From contig CALGTL010000079.1 of the NCBI GenBank assembly GCA_937901475.1, positions 4,600 through 68,599 of the forward strand: a stretch of DNA of 64,000 nt, read 5' to 3'. This stretch comes from an uncultured Dehalococcoidia bacterium (GTDB lineage: Bacteria; Chloroflexota; Dehalococcoidia; Lucifugimonadales; Australimonadaceae). The notes under the pieces were generated by a model. It was not told where the DNA came from. It ran no database searches and saw nothing but the letters and a program-made list of their open reading frames with translations. This document shows positions 54,699 through 63,959 of this stretch, in pieces. The position numbers and the translations under genes are program-made. The stretch's first letter is position 1. Each line of letters starts with the position of its first letter.

Positions 54699-56297
54699 CT
54701 AGAACGGACTAGGCATCGGACCCACCGGCACCTCAATTAGCGTAGGCGCGTCGATTGCGATGGCCTCGCGTATTGCCTTCTCTAGCTCATCTGGTGTCTT
54801 TGCGCGTATTCCTCGTGCTCCGTAGGCCTCTGCGAGTTTTACGAAATCGGGATTGTGGAGTTCACTCCCGATTGCGCGACTCCCACCGTAACGGTCTTTT
54901 TGGTCTCGCATGACATTACCGAAGGCGTTGTCGTTGAAAACGATGAGCACCACACTGATGTTGTATTGAACGGCGGTCGCCAGCTCGGAGGAGTTGAACA
55001 TGAACCCACCGTCGCCGGAGAGTGCGATAACTGGAACCTCAGGCTTTGCCACTTTGACCCCTAGGGCGGTTGGGTAGGCGAAGCCGAGATTTCCGAAATA
55101 TGACGAATTGAAATATGTACCGGGCTTATAGATGGGGAAATAAACCCGACCATAGTAGCCAAGCTGGGTCATGCCCGCGATGATGATACCGTCCTCGGGG
55201 ATTGCTCTTCGCATTGCTTCGTTGAAGCTGTTCTGCGGCTCTAAGCGACCCGTACCGAACCGGTTCGCCCGCCACTCCTCCATCTCGCCTTGTCGAGACT
55301 CACGTGGCACAGTTGTTGCTTTGAGTTGAGTTTCCAGCGCTGCAAGGGTTTTGCCTGCGTCGCCCAACACTCCAAAGGTATTCTCGTGGTTGCGCCCAAT
55401 CTCTGAGTCGTCGATATCAATCTGAATCACGAGTTGAGACTGGTCAGGGAACACCGCTGCAAACCGAGTACCTACTGCAAGCACTACATCGTGCCTTCTC
55501 AATTCTTCTCGCAGAGTATCCGTCCGCGTCTTCAGGGCTCCGCGCGACAGATAATGCCGCTCGTCGATAGCACCTTTGCCTTCGTGGGTAACATGAACCG
55601 GTGCCTGGAGGTGCTCTGCGATGCGTGTCAATTCCTCCGAACCTCCTGAGGCAATCACTCCACCCCCCGCCCAGATAATTGGGTCCTTGGCCTCCGAGAG
55701 GATGCGAGCAGCTTCGTTGACTTGCTCCTCGGAAGCCACGTCGCGACCGTAATTACCAGGCTCTAGGAGATCGATGTCAGCAGTCTCTGCGAGAGTGTCC
55801 GGCGGAATCTCAATCTCGACCGGTCGCGGCCGACCGGTTAGGAGTTGCCTGAAGGCTTCATGGACCGTAGATGGAACTTCTTCGGGTTCGAGCATCCGGT
55901 AAGTCGCTTTCGTGACCTGCTGGATTGCAATCATCTGGTCGTTGACCTCGTGAAGGAGCCCGATATCCTTGCCGATGCTGTCCTTGGGGATCTGACCAGA
56001 AACGACCAGAATGGGAGATGAGGCAGCGAACGCTGAACCGATAGCAGCGGAGGCGTTCAGTAGGCCAGGGCCAGGCACTACCATGCAGACACCTGGTTTT
56101 CCGCTGGCGCGGGCGTAGCCGTCCGCCATGTAGGCGGTCGCCTGTTCGTGGCGTGTAGTTATGAACCGTATGCCCGGCTCATCAACGATGGGGTTGATTG
56201 CCTCATACATCTGCACACCTGGCAATCCGAAAATGACTTCAACCCCTTCGAGTGCTAGGGATTTGATAAGAGCTTGGCCGCCGGTCATTTTGGGCAT
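54699..56297 (-). CDS. Thiamine diphosphate-dependent enzyme (acetolactate synthase large subunit / benzoylformate decarboxylase family)
   Basis: Start at ATG 56297 (MPKMTGGQALIKSLALEGVEVIFGLPG). ThDP motif GDGGFMFNSSELATAVQYNISVVLIVFNDNAFG. Confidence 0.9.
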   Translation of the reverse strand: MPKMTGGQALIKSLALEGVEVIFGLPGVQMYEAINPIVDEPGIRFITTRHEQATAYMADGYARASGKPGVCMVVPGPGLLNASAAIGSAFAASSPILVVSGQIPKDSIGKDIGLLHEVNDQMIAIQQVTKATYRMLEPEEVPSTVHEAFRQLLTGRPRPVEIEIPPDTLAETADIDLLEPGNYGRDVASEEQVNEAARILSEAKDPIIWAGGGVIASGGSEELTRIAEHLQAPVHVTHEGKGAIDERHYLSRGALKTRTDTLREELRRHDVVLAVGTRFAAVFPDQSQLVIQIDIDDSEIGRNHENTFGVLGDAGKTLAALETQLKATTVPRESRQGEMEEWRANRFGTGRLEPQNSFNEAMRRAIPEDGIIIAGMTQLGYYGRVYFPIYKPGTYFNSSYFGNLGFAYPTALGVKVAKPEVPVIALSGDGGFMFNSSELATAVQYNISVVLIVFNDNAFGNVMRDQKDRYGGSRAIGSELHNPDFVKLAEAYGARGIRAKTPDELEKAIREAIAIDAPTLIEVPVGPMPSPF

Positions 56298-56395
56298 TGA
56301 CCACCTGTAAGTATGGGAAGTTGGCGAGATTATAGCCCTGCTACTATGCACCGGTGTGGGCTGATGGCTTAGGGCTATCACATGGAGGCGCGCTT

Positions 56396-57133
56396 ATGGA
56401 TGAAATAGAGATCCTGCAAGGTGACCTAAGAACAGCGTCGACGATCCTCGAGTGGGAGTTTGGCGATATCATCGGGCACATCGGTGTCCGCCTGCCCGAC
56501 AATAAGGGCATTGCGGTGAAGCTCCTGCGCGTCGCGCAGGAGAACAAGGACGATGACTGGATGATGGAGTTCGACTTCGAGGGCAACAAGCTCCGAGGCA
56601 CCGGAACCGTCCCTGGTGAGGCTTCTATATATACGCAGATATTTAAAGCCAAGCCTGAGGTCAACTCAATCGTGCACGCACATGCTCCCATGTGCATCGT
56701 CATGGGTCTCGCTAAGCTGAAAATCCAAGCAATTCACCTCCAGTCGTCGAAGTTCGGCGAAGGACTTCCGGTCTATCCGGTCCCCATCTACGTGTCCGAC
56801 ACCCAAGATGGGGATGCGCTCGCTAACACGATTGGCGATGCGCCTGGCATGACAATCAATGGCCACGGCATCGTGACAGTTGGAAAGACAATCGATGAAG
56901 CAACCATGACGGCGATTTACATGGAGCGTACCGCCAAAATGGAACACGCCGCTCGGCAAATGGGCTATGAGGGCGTGACAGTCGAACACAAGGAGATGCT
57001 GGCGTACAATCGCTCCAAGATGGCAGATCGCGGTAAGTCCATCAGTCGCCCATCCACTGACCACTCGGATGAGTGGCGCTACTATCTCCGGAAGATTGAA
57101 CGTGGTGAGCCTTGGAATCGTGGCTGGACGTAG
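56396..57133 (+). CDS. Class II aldolase/adducin N-terminal domain protein, paralogue 1
   Basis: ATG 56396 lies 7 nt after GGAGG. Blocks GHIGVRLPD, SIVHAHAP and INGHGIVTVGKTIDEA. Confidence 0.8.
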   Translation: MDEIEILQGDLRTASTILEWEFGDIIGHIGVRLPDNKGIAVKLLRVAQENKDDDWMMEFDFEGNKLRGTGTVPGEASIYTQIFKAKPEVNSIVHAHAPMCIVMGLAKLKIQAIHLQSSKFGEGLPVYPVPIYVSDTQDGDALANTIGDAPGMTINGHGIVTVGKTIDEATMTAIYMERTAKMEHAARQMGYEGVTVEHKEMLAYNRSKMADRGKSISRPSTDHSDEWRYYLRKIERGEPWNRGWT

Positions 57134-57148
57134 CCGCGCCATTACTCC

Positions 57149-58798
57149 TTACACTGAGTAAGCACTTCCGCGAAGTAAGCGACCAGGCAGCGCCCCCGTG
57201 TGCTCACCATGATCAATGACAACCTCGCCGTTGACTATCGTGTAATTGACTCCTTCACACATGCGACGCATCCGGGAAGCACCAGCAGGGAAATCATCGA
57301 CCATGCCCAAGTTCCCAGGCTCTACAGTGGCAGGGTCGAAGACAACGATGTCTCCCGCCAATCCTGGCCGAATCAATCCGCGATCATGTAACCCAAAAAT
57401 CGATGCACCCATGAACGTGAGCTTGCGAACCGCGGCCTCTAGCGACATCGCCTGCCGTTGGCGAACCCAGTATGACAATAGGAACGTTGAGAAATGGCTA
57501 TCGCATCGACGCGTCACGTGGGCTCCCCCATCAGAAAGCCCGGGTAGAACGATAGGGTCATTGATGATTTTGCCCATGTTCTCCGCAGTAACCCCCGTCC
57601 GCTGGTAGAACAATGTCTTAAAATCTTCCTCGAGTGCAAGATCTAAGAACGCGTCCAATGGGTCTTTGCCCTGCATAGTCGCAACCTCTGTGATGCTCCG
57701 CTCGGTGAATGGGCGGTTTTTTTCCTTCAAGGGAGTCGCGACATAGAATTTGGACCAATCGACGGAGGAGCCGTTCTCTGGCGAGTAAGGACTCGGCTTA
57801 GAGGCTTCTAGGCGTAACTCTTCGCGAACTGCCGGGTCAGAGAGGGCTGCGCGCTTCTCTTCGATTGGCAGCGCAATCACATTGGCCCAGCCAGGCATCC
57901 CGTCGAATGTACCCACGCTGATGAGTGTCCAGCGCGCAGTATTCTCCATGAACGGAGCTTGCATTGAGTACATGCGAAGGCCATCCCAAGAAGCGCCCTC
58001 GGGTTTGAGACGGCTGGTTATCACCGGGCGTCCTGTATCACGTGCGATTCGAGAAAGCAGACCATCGCTTTGCTCGATTCCTCCTGTGTCTCCAAATTGA
58101 ACGGTGCCTGCACCGACCTCTCCTAAGGCCATAGCTACCTCGTAGAACTCTGCTCCCGCACCGTGGTTCGCCGGCAACACTCGACCCTCGTGATCCATGT
58201 GGCGTCGATTCAACTCAGACGATAGCCCCAGAGACCCTGCACGCAATCCCTCGCGTACCAACTCCTTCATTTCCTCGACCTCTACCAGGGAGGCCTCGCT
58301 GGTATATGCGGCTTCTCCCATAACGTGACGGCGGATCGCAGAGAATCCCATGAGTGAGCCCACATTGACTCCCAGGTTGCCGTCGACTCGGTCCAGGTAC
58401 TGAGGGTAACTCTCCCAGGTGAAATCTACGCCCGCTTGCAGTGACTCGATTGGTATTGCTTCTACTCGCGACAGCATAGAGAGTAGGTCGGCGCGAGCAT
58501 CCGGCCGCGCAGGGGCCAACGCCAGCGAGCAGTTGCCATTGATGACGGTTGTAGCGCCGTGGTACACCGAGAAAGTACATAGTGGGTCCCACAAAACCTG
58601 TCCATCAAAATGGCAATGGTTGTCAATGAATCCGGGTGAAATGACCTGACCTTGAACGTCAAGAACCTGCTTGGCGCCCCCCGAAAGCTTCCCCACCTCA
58701 ACGATGTGGCCATCCTTGACTCCAACATCCCCATCGAACGAAGGGGCTCCCGATCCGTCAACGACTCTTCCATTCTTGATGAGTAGGTCGAACTCCAC
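57149..58798 (-). CDS. D-aminoacylase (N-acyl-D-amino-acid deacylase) family amidohydrolase
   Basis: GTG 58798 lies 5 nt after GGAGG and gives VEFDLLIKNGRVVDGSG...VISPGFIDNHCHFD. The C-terminal GLIRPGLAGDIVVFD is typical of the family. Confidence 0.8.
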   Translation of the reverse strand: MEFDLLIKNGRVVDGSGAPSFDGDVGVKDGHIVEVGKLSGGAKQVLDVQGQVISPGFIDNHCHFDGQVLWDPLCTFSVYHGATTVINGNCSLALAPARPDARADLLSMLSRVEAIPIESLQAGVDFTWESYPQYLDRVDGNLGVNVGSLMGFSAIRRHVMGEAAYTSEASLVEVEEMKELVREGLRAGSLGLSSELNRRHMDHEGRVLPANHGAGAEFYEVAMALGEVGAGTVQFGDTGGIEQSDGLLSRIARDTGRPVITSRLKPEGASWDGLRMYSMQAPFMENTARWTLISVGTFDGMPGWANVIALPIEEKRAALSDPAVREELRLEASKPSPYSPENGSSVDWSKFYVATPLKEKNRPFTERSITEVATMQGKDPLDAFLDLALEEDFKTLFYQRTGVTAENMGKIINDPIVLPGLSDGGAHVTRRCDSHFSTFLLSYWVRQRQAMSLEAAVRKLTFMGASIFGLHDRGLIRPGLAGDIVVFDPATVEPGNLGMVDDFPAGASRMRRMCEGVNYTIVNGEVVIDHGEHTGALPGRLLRGSAYSV

Positions 58799-59010
58799 AA
58801 TGACCTCCGCGCTACCTGCTGGTTGAGGCGTAGTGTCGCAGCCTGCAACGGGCCTGTCACTCTTTGACCACTTTCGATAATGTGGCGTCACGAGCTGGGA
58901 GTTTGGTAGGTGCACCATCTGGCGCTCTTTGGGAGGAATTCTTCAAAGCGACGCTAACGTGGCGTATGCTGGCACAGGCCACTGAAAAGTCGAGGTCGCA
59001 GGAGACTAGA

Positions 59011-60339
59011 ATGCTCTCAACCGATGACACCGAGTTGCTTTGCAGGGTAGGTGCAGGTACCCCCATGGGTGAATTGATGCGGCAGTACTGGATGCCAGTC
59101 ATCTATCCCTGGGAAATCGAGCCGAATGGACAGCCTAAGCGTATCCGCGTACTCGGCGAAGACTTGCTAGCGTGGCGTGCCACAGATGGAACGCCGTCTT
59201 TCACGCAGGAGCGTTGCCCCCACCGTGGATCGAGCCTCTTCTATGGTCGCAATGAAGAAGGCGGACTGCGGTGCGCTTATCACGGTTGGAAATTCGACGT
59301 TGGCGGTCAGTGCATCGAGATGCCCAACGAGGCGGCGGAGAGCAACTTTAAAGCTAAAGTTCAGATCACCGCATACAAGGGCGCAGACTACGGAGGCATG
59401 ACATGGGTTTACATGGGGCCGCACCAAGCCAACCATCCAGGTATCCCCCAGTTCGAGTGGGGTGAAATCCCCGCCGACCAACGAGCGCTCTACCGGAAGA
59501 CGGTATACGAGTGGAATTGGATGCAGAGCCTAGAAGGTGAAATGGACTCTACTCACGTCTACTTCCTTCACTCTAGGCTCAAGCGTGAGGACTCAGCCAA
59601 GTTTGGTTTGTTCCATACTGGCCGATCCGCGAAATTCCACCTGCGTGAAGCTAATTACGGGTTGATGTATGCAGCCGAGCGCGAAGAAGAAGATGGCAAT
59701 GTTTACTGGCGCACGACCAACTTCATGTTCCCTTTCTATGGCATGTTCCCTGGCAGCCCAACCTCGGTGCCATTGTCTATATACGTGCCCATCGACGACC
59801 ACCACACATTGCACATGGGCGTCCGCTGGCATCCGACGGAAAAAATGACAGGCGCTCTCTGGCCCGTTCCTGACCTACCAGCGAATAAAGGCGAACTTGT
59901 CGAAGGCATGGGGCCCATGAAGCCTGAGCAGAAGGGGAAATTCTTCTCCGATTGGTGGCCAGAGGCCTGCGCGGATACCGATTTCCTGATGGACCTCGAA
60001 TCCAAGAAATTGAACTTCACCGGAATCCCCAGCGTGCGCTTGCAGGACGCAGCAATTCTGCAAAGCATGGGCCGAATCATGGACCGAACAGTCGAGCATT
60101 TGTGCACGACAGATGCTGCGATTATTAAGGTTCGCCGTAAGCTAATCAACGCCGCAAAACTGTTGCGTGACGAAGGAATAGTGCCTCCAGGAGTCGAGAA
60201 CCCTGAGTGGTACCGACTGCGCAGCTGTAATGTATCTCTACCCCGAGGCACCGACTGGGAAGATGAACTCGCTGACTGGCACTATGCTCGGACGACGAAG
60301 TATCCATCGTCTGAAGTCCCTCAAGACTCCACGCGTTAG
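59011..60339 (+). CDS. Rieske [2Fe-2S] non-heme iron oxygenase, alpha subunit, paralogue 2
   Basis: ATG 59011 lies 5 nt after GGAGA. CPHRGSSLFYGRNEEGGLRCAYHGW and EGEMDSTHVYFLH. The N-terminus MLSTDDTELLCRVGAGTPMGELMRQYW parallels paralogue 1. Confidence 0.88.
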   Translation: MLSTDDTELLCRVGAGTPMGELMRQYWMPVIYPWEIEPNGQPKRIRVLGEDLLAWRATDGTPSFTQERCPHRGSSLFYGRNEEGGLRCAYHGWKFDVGGQCIEMPNEAAESNFKAKVQITAYKGADYGGMTWVYMGPHQANHPGIPQFEWGEIPADQRALYRKTVYEWNWMQSLEGEMDSTHVYFLHSRLKREDSAKFGLFHTGRSAKFHLREANYGLMYAAEREEEDGNVYWRTTNFMFPFYGMFPGSPTSVPLSIYVPIDDHHTLHMGVRWHPTEKMTGALWPVPDLPANKGELVEGMGPMKPEQKGKFFSDWWPEACADTDFLMDLESKKLNFTGIPSVRLQDAAILQSMGRIMDRTVEHLCTTDAAIIKVRRKLINAAKLLRDEGIVPPGVENPEWYRLRSCNVSLPRGTDWEDELADWHYARTTKYPSSEVPQDSTR

Positions 60340-60506
60340 CAACGACACGGAGAAGCAATAAGGAGAAAGAGCACTCTAGGAAGTGCGCTGGGTTCTATTG
60401 TGGGAGTACTTGCTTTCAGCGACACCTCTGGTACCGAATGCGCCCCACTTGAGAGTGTCTTGGGGATAGCCCCGCAAGATTACGACCGCGAGATGGTGAC
60501 TTCTGG

Positions 60507-60542
60507 ATCAGGTCAGGAGCGTGCAAATGCTCCTGACCTGAT
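60507..60542. terminator. Perfect 14-bp inverted repeat hairpin between convergent genes (possible bidirectional terminator)
   Basis: atcaggtcaggagc-gtgcaaat-gctcctgacctgat. There is no flanking U-tract. It lies between the Rieske stop (60339) and the esterase stop (60671). Confidence 0.4.
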
Positions 60543-60670
60543 GTTGGCCTTGCTGAAACGGCGGTCGCCCCAAGATGGTGACATGCGCTTTCCTAGGCCC
60601 TGTGCGCGAGAAGACCATGTTTCCGACCTATCTGCCTCGTTCGTTAGCCACTGAAATTGTGATTGCACTG

Positions 60671-61531
60671 CTAGTTAGCGCTAACGTGCCGAGCCAGGAA
60701 CTCCCGGATGACCTTGATCGCGCGGTCGGGTTCGTCGCCGGGATTATTGGCAAAACCATGCGGCATGCCAGGAAACCACTCGAGTTGAACTGAGCCTCCC
60801 TCTGCGCGGTATGCGTCCTCAAACATCAGAGGAATGTAAGGTGGGATGTTGGCGTCGGTATCGCCCTGAATTACAAGGATAGGCGGTTTCAGCACCTGCT
60901 CTCCGCGTTCAAGCATCATCTGAGGGTTGGCCAGCCTCATAGTTTCGGTCGTCAGGAAATAGCGCTGATGTTGATTAATTTTTTCTGCCCAGTCGATACC
61001 TCTCGCATAGAAGTAACGAGTGTACGGGTCAAGAACCGGCCAGAGTGCTAGGACGTAGTCTACTGACGCGTCTATATCGGCACCGGCGTCGAGAGGCAGG
61101 GCAGTATATTGCGGATCGTTCGGTCGCATCGCATTGAGCAGCATCGTATGCCCTCCGCTAGAATCCCCCGCGCCTCCGAAGCTTGCGAGATTAATGCTGT
61201 AAGTTGCCGCATGCAGTTTCAACCAACGAATTGCGAGATTCGTGTCTTGAATCTGAGCCGGGTAGGGATGGGCCGGTGCCAGTCTGAAATCAATCGCCGC
61301 GACGACCATTCCGCATTCCGCAATCTGTCGGTCAATGTACTCAGCTGCTTGCCGTGTGCCCAAGTTCCATGCGCCACCGTGCGCGCGTAGCAGCACAGGG
61401 AAAGACCCCTCACCCCGCGGTTGGAAAATTGTCATGAGAAGTGAAACTCCTTCACTCTCGTAGAAAACGACTTCTGAAACGTTCAATTCATAATGAGCGC
61501 TAGCATCGTAGGAAACCGACTGCTGCTTCAT
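60671..61531 (-). CDS. Alpha/beta hydrolase fold-3 (HSL-like) esterase
   Basis: ATG 61531 (MKQQSVSYD) lies 9 nt after AGGAGA. Oxyanion block HGGAW, nucleophile GDSSGGH and a C-terminal HGF. Confidence 0.8.
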   Translation of the reverse strand: MKQQSVSYDASAHYELNVSEVVFYESEGVSLLMTIFQPRGEGSFPVLLRAHGGAWNLGTRQAAEYIDRQIAECGMVVAAIDFRLAPAHPYPAQIQDTNLAIRWLKLHAATYSINLASFGGAGDSSGGHTMLLNAMRPNDPQYTALPLDAGADIDASVDYVLALWPVLDPYTRYFYARGIDWAEKINQHQRYFLTTETMRLANPQMMLERGEQVLKPPILVIQGDTDANIPPYIPLMFEDAYRAEGGSVQLEWFPGMPHGFANNPGDEPDRAIKVIREFLARHVSAN

Positions 61532-61712
61532 CAAATCGATTCTCCTCATTCTCCTCGTGGATAGGATGCGCGTGAGGCTACCTCTACCCACCACGCCTGT
61601 CCAACACGAATGGGACTTGCCTGGTAGTATCCCCGGCAATGGCCGTGGTGGTGGCCCATCACATATCCATACCAAAACCAAAGGATCAAACGCGTCCACC
61701 AGGAGGACAGGC

Positions 61713-62489
61713 ATGGCGAGCGAGCATGAAGAAGTTAAGGAAAAGGTTGCGCAAGCGAACCGTGTACTAGCGAGCTCGGGCTTCGCAACAGGAGTATTGG
61801 CATCCTTAGGGCACGCCAGCATGCGCCTGCCTTCGCAACCCGACAAGTTCGTCGTGAAGGGAAGGGGCTACGAGCTCGATGCGTTAGCGGCAATGAAGGG
61901 CGGCGACATGGTTACTGTTGACCTAGACGGCTACAAAGTTGACGGCCCAGTGGGTTCCGGCCAGTGCTACGAAGTGAAAATGCACTCTTGTATCTACAAG
62001 ACCCACCCGGAAGTCATGTCTGTGGTGCATGTCCACCCGCGCTTCACGATTGTTATGGGCCTCATCCAAGGAGACATCATGCCTATGTGCAACGAGGGCA
62101 ACGGCTTGGTTAAAAACCCCCTCCCGATGTTCCCTCACCAACGACTGATTCTCTCCGAGGCAGATGGCATGGAGGTCGCTAGTACGCTGGGGGACAGCAA
62201 AGCGATATTGCTGCGAGGTCATGGAGCCGCAACCGTCGGCAAGTCACTTGAGGACTCCGTTATCACCATGGTCCAGCTTGAAGAACAAGCCAAGATGAAC
62301 TGGTACGCGTACTGCGCGGCTGGTAAGGACTTCCCTCACGTGCCTATCTCAGATGTTGAAGAGTTCCAGGCAGAGGCAGCCAAGCAGTTCGAACTTGAAC
62401 ACTTGAAGGGACCTGCTGCCCAGGGTAGGGTGCATCGTACGCAGCAAGAATCAATCTACAACACATACGTATGGTTGATGGGTGAGTAA
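61713..62489 (+). CDS. Class II aldolase/adducin N-terminal domain protein, paralogue 2
   Basis: ATG 61713 lies 6 nt after AGGAGG. Blocks GHASMRLP, SVVHVHPR and LRGHGAATVGKSLEDS. Confidence 0.8.
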   Translation: MASEHEEVKEKVAQANRVLASSGFATGVLASLGHASMRLPSQPDKFVVKGRGYELDALAAMKGGDMVTVDLDGYKVDGPVGSGQCYEVKMHSCIYKTHPEVMSVVHVHPRFTIVMGLIQGDIMPMCNEGNGLVKNPLPMFPHQRLILSEADGMEVASTLGDSKAILLRGHGAATVGKSLEDSVITMVQLEEQAKMNWYAYCAAGKDFPHVPISDVEEFQAEAAKQFELEHLKGPAAQGRVHRTQQESIYNTYVWLMGE

Positions 62490-62873
62490 ATTGGAATAGA
62501 GTCGGCGGTAACTTCATGCACCTCTGTCGTATTCCGCCGCCGCCACGACTGGAGAGATGGGGGCCTAGATGGACCACATGGCGGAATACCTCAGAACTAG
62601 CAAGACAGTCATTATTGCGTTTCGGCGACGCTTGATTCAGGACGCACGTGCGCTCGAATTAAACAAGGAGCTGTGGGTTGGCAGTAGGATGGAGGGCTGG
62701 GCGTGTTTTAGGTCACCGAGAAAAGCTTTCGGATCCAAAATGCCTATGCAAGCTTGAGGTAGCAGCAGTTCCTGCCGGGCCAAGGGATGGCAAGTTTTAT
62801 CGAAGAGATGTGGATTGACGGAATAATTCCAGTGGGTATCCTTGACCCACGATTTCAGTCACGGGGAGGGGTT

Positions 62874-63959
62874 ATGGCTACGCACAACTTGGAACGACTC
62901 ATCGATGGTGACGGTCACGTTATGGAAGACATAGCGGCGATTGTTGCGCGGATGCCCGCTGAGTACCAGAGCGGTAGCCCTTTCAGAGACCCATTCCCCT
63001 CCAGTGATCACCTGCATTCCTCTAATAAACACACGCTCCCGGAGGGCGCATTTGCCCCCGTCGGAGTTGATGGATGGAATGAGTTCATGGATGACCTGGG
63101 CATGGAAAAGTCCGTGCTGTATACGACGCGTGGACTGACCTTCGGTAAGATTGTTAGCAGGGATTGGGCAATCGAATTGGCCCGCGCCTATAACGACTTC
63201 ATGTACGAAACATATATGAAAGATCAGAATGGTCGATTTCAGGTCATGGGCCTTATACCACTCCAGGAGCCGGCCGAAGCCGTGATTGAGCTACGTCGCA
63301 TCGTCAAGGACTATGGAATGATTGGTGCGATGCTCCCCTCAACAGGTGCTGATGGCCTGCAATCTCACCTAGGCAACGACCGCTATTGGCCCATCTACGC
63401 GGAGGCACAAGACCTTGGAGTGTGTATCGGCATCCACGGAGGGGCACACGACAATATGCTGATGGATGATATGAGTCCTTACGCACCAGTGAATGCACTG
63501 GGCCACCCTTACGGGCAGATGGTCAATTTCGCAGGGATCATTTTCAATGGCGTCTTTGATAAATACCCTGGCCTTAAGATTGGTTTTATGGAGGCCGGTT
63601 GCGGCTGGCTTTTGACCTGCATGGAGCGTTTTACCAGCGCATGGGCAAGCCATATTCAATACGACCCGCGTGGACGCTTCCTTCAAATCAAGAAGGGCGA
63701 GTCCATGACCGATTACATCAACCGCCACATTGACGAAGACCGTATCTATGTGGGCGTAGAGGGCGATGAATTGACCTTGCCCTTCGCGGTGAAAACCACA
63801 GGCAATAAGCCTTATATCTTCTCCTCCGACTTCCCTCACGAAGTCAACAACGAGACGTGCAAAGAAGAGATTGCCGAACTCTGCGAGAACCCTGATGTTT
63901 CGTCTGCAGACAAGGATGCCATTCTCAGCGGTAACGCCATCAGGTTTTACGGTCTCTAG
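62874..63959 (+). CDS. Amidohydrolase_2 (ACMSD/LigW-like metal-dependent hydrolase/decarboxylase) family protein
   Basis: ATG 62874 follows GGGGAGGGG. N-terminal IDGDGHV, central GIHGG and C-terminal FSSDFPHE. Confidence 0.8.
   Translation: MATHNLERLIDGDGHVMEDIAAIVARMPAEYQSGSPFRDPFPSSDHLHSSNKHTLPEGAFAPVGVDGWNEFMDDLGMEKSVLYTTRGLTFGKIVSRDWAIELARAYNDFMYETYMKDQNGRFQVMGLIPLQEPAEAVIELRRIVKDYGMIGAMLPSTGADGLQSHLGNDRYWPIYAEAQDLGVCIGIHGGAHDNMLMDDMSPYAPVNALGHPYGQMVNFAGIIFNGVFDKYPGLKIGFMEAGCGWLLTCMERFTSAWASHIQYDPRGRFLQIKKGESMTDYINRHIDEDRIYVGVEGDELTLPFAVKTTGNKPYIFSSDFPHEVNNETCKEEIAELCENPDVSSADKDAILSGNAIRFYGL

Noticed and set aside
60400-60654. 84-aa plus-strand ORF between the Rieske and esterase genes
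   Set aside because: It contains the 14-bp perfect hairpin in its middle, has no SD and no family signal. The region is more plausibly a structured 3' intergenic region.
62569-62757. 62-aa plus-strand ORF in the 384-nt gap upstream of the Amidohydrolase_2 gene
   Set aside because: It has no SD and no recognisable domain, and it is Arg-rich. The evidence is insufficient.
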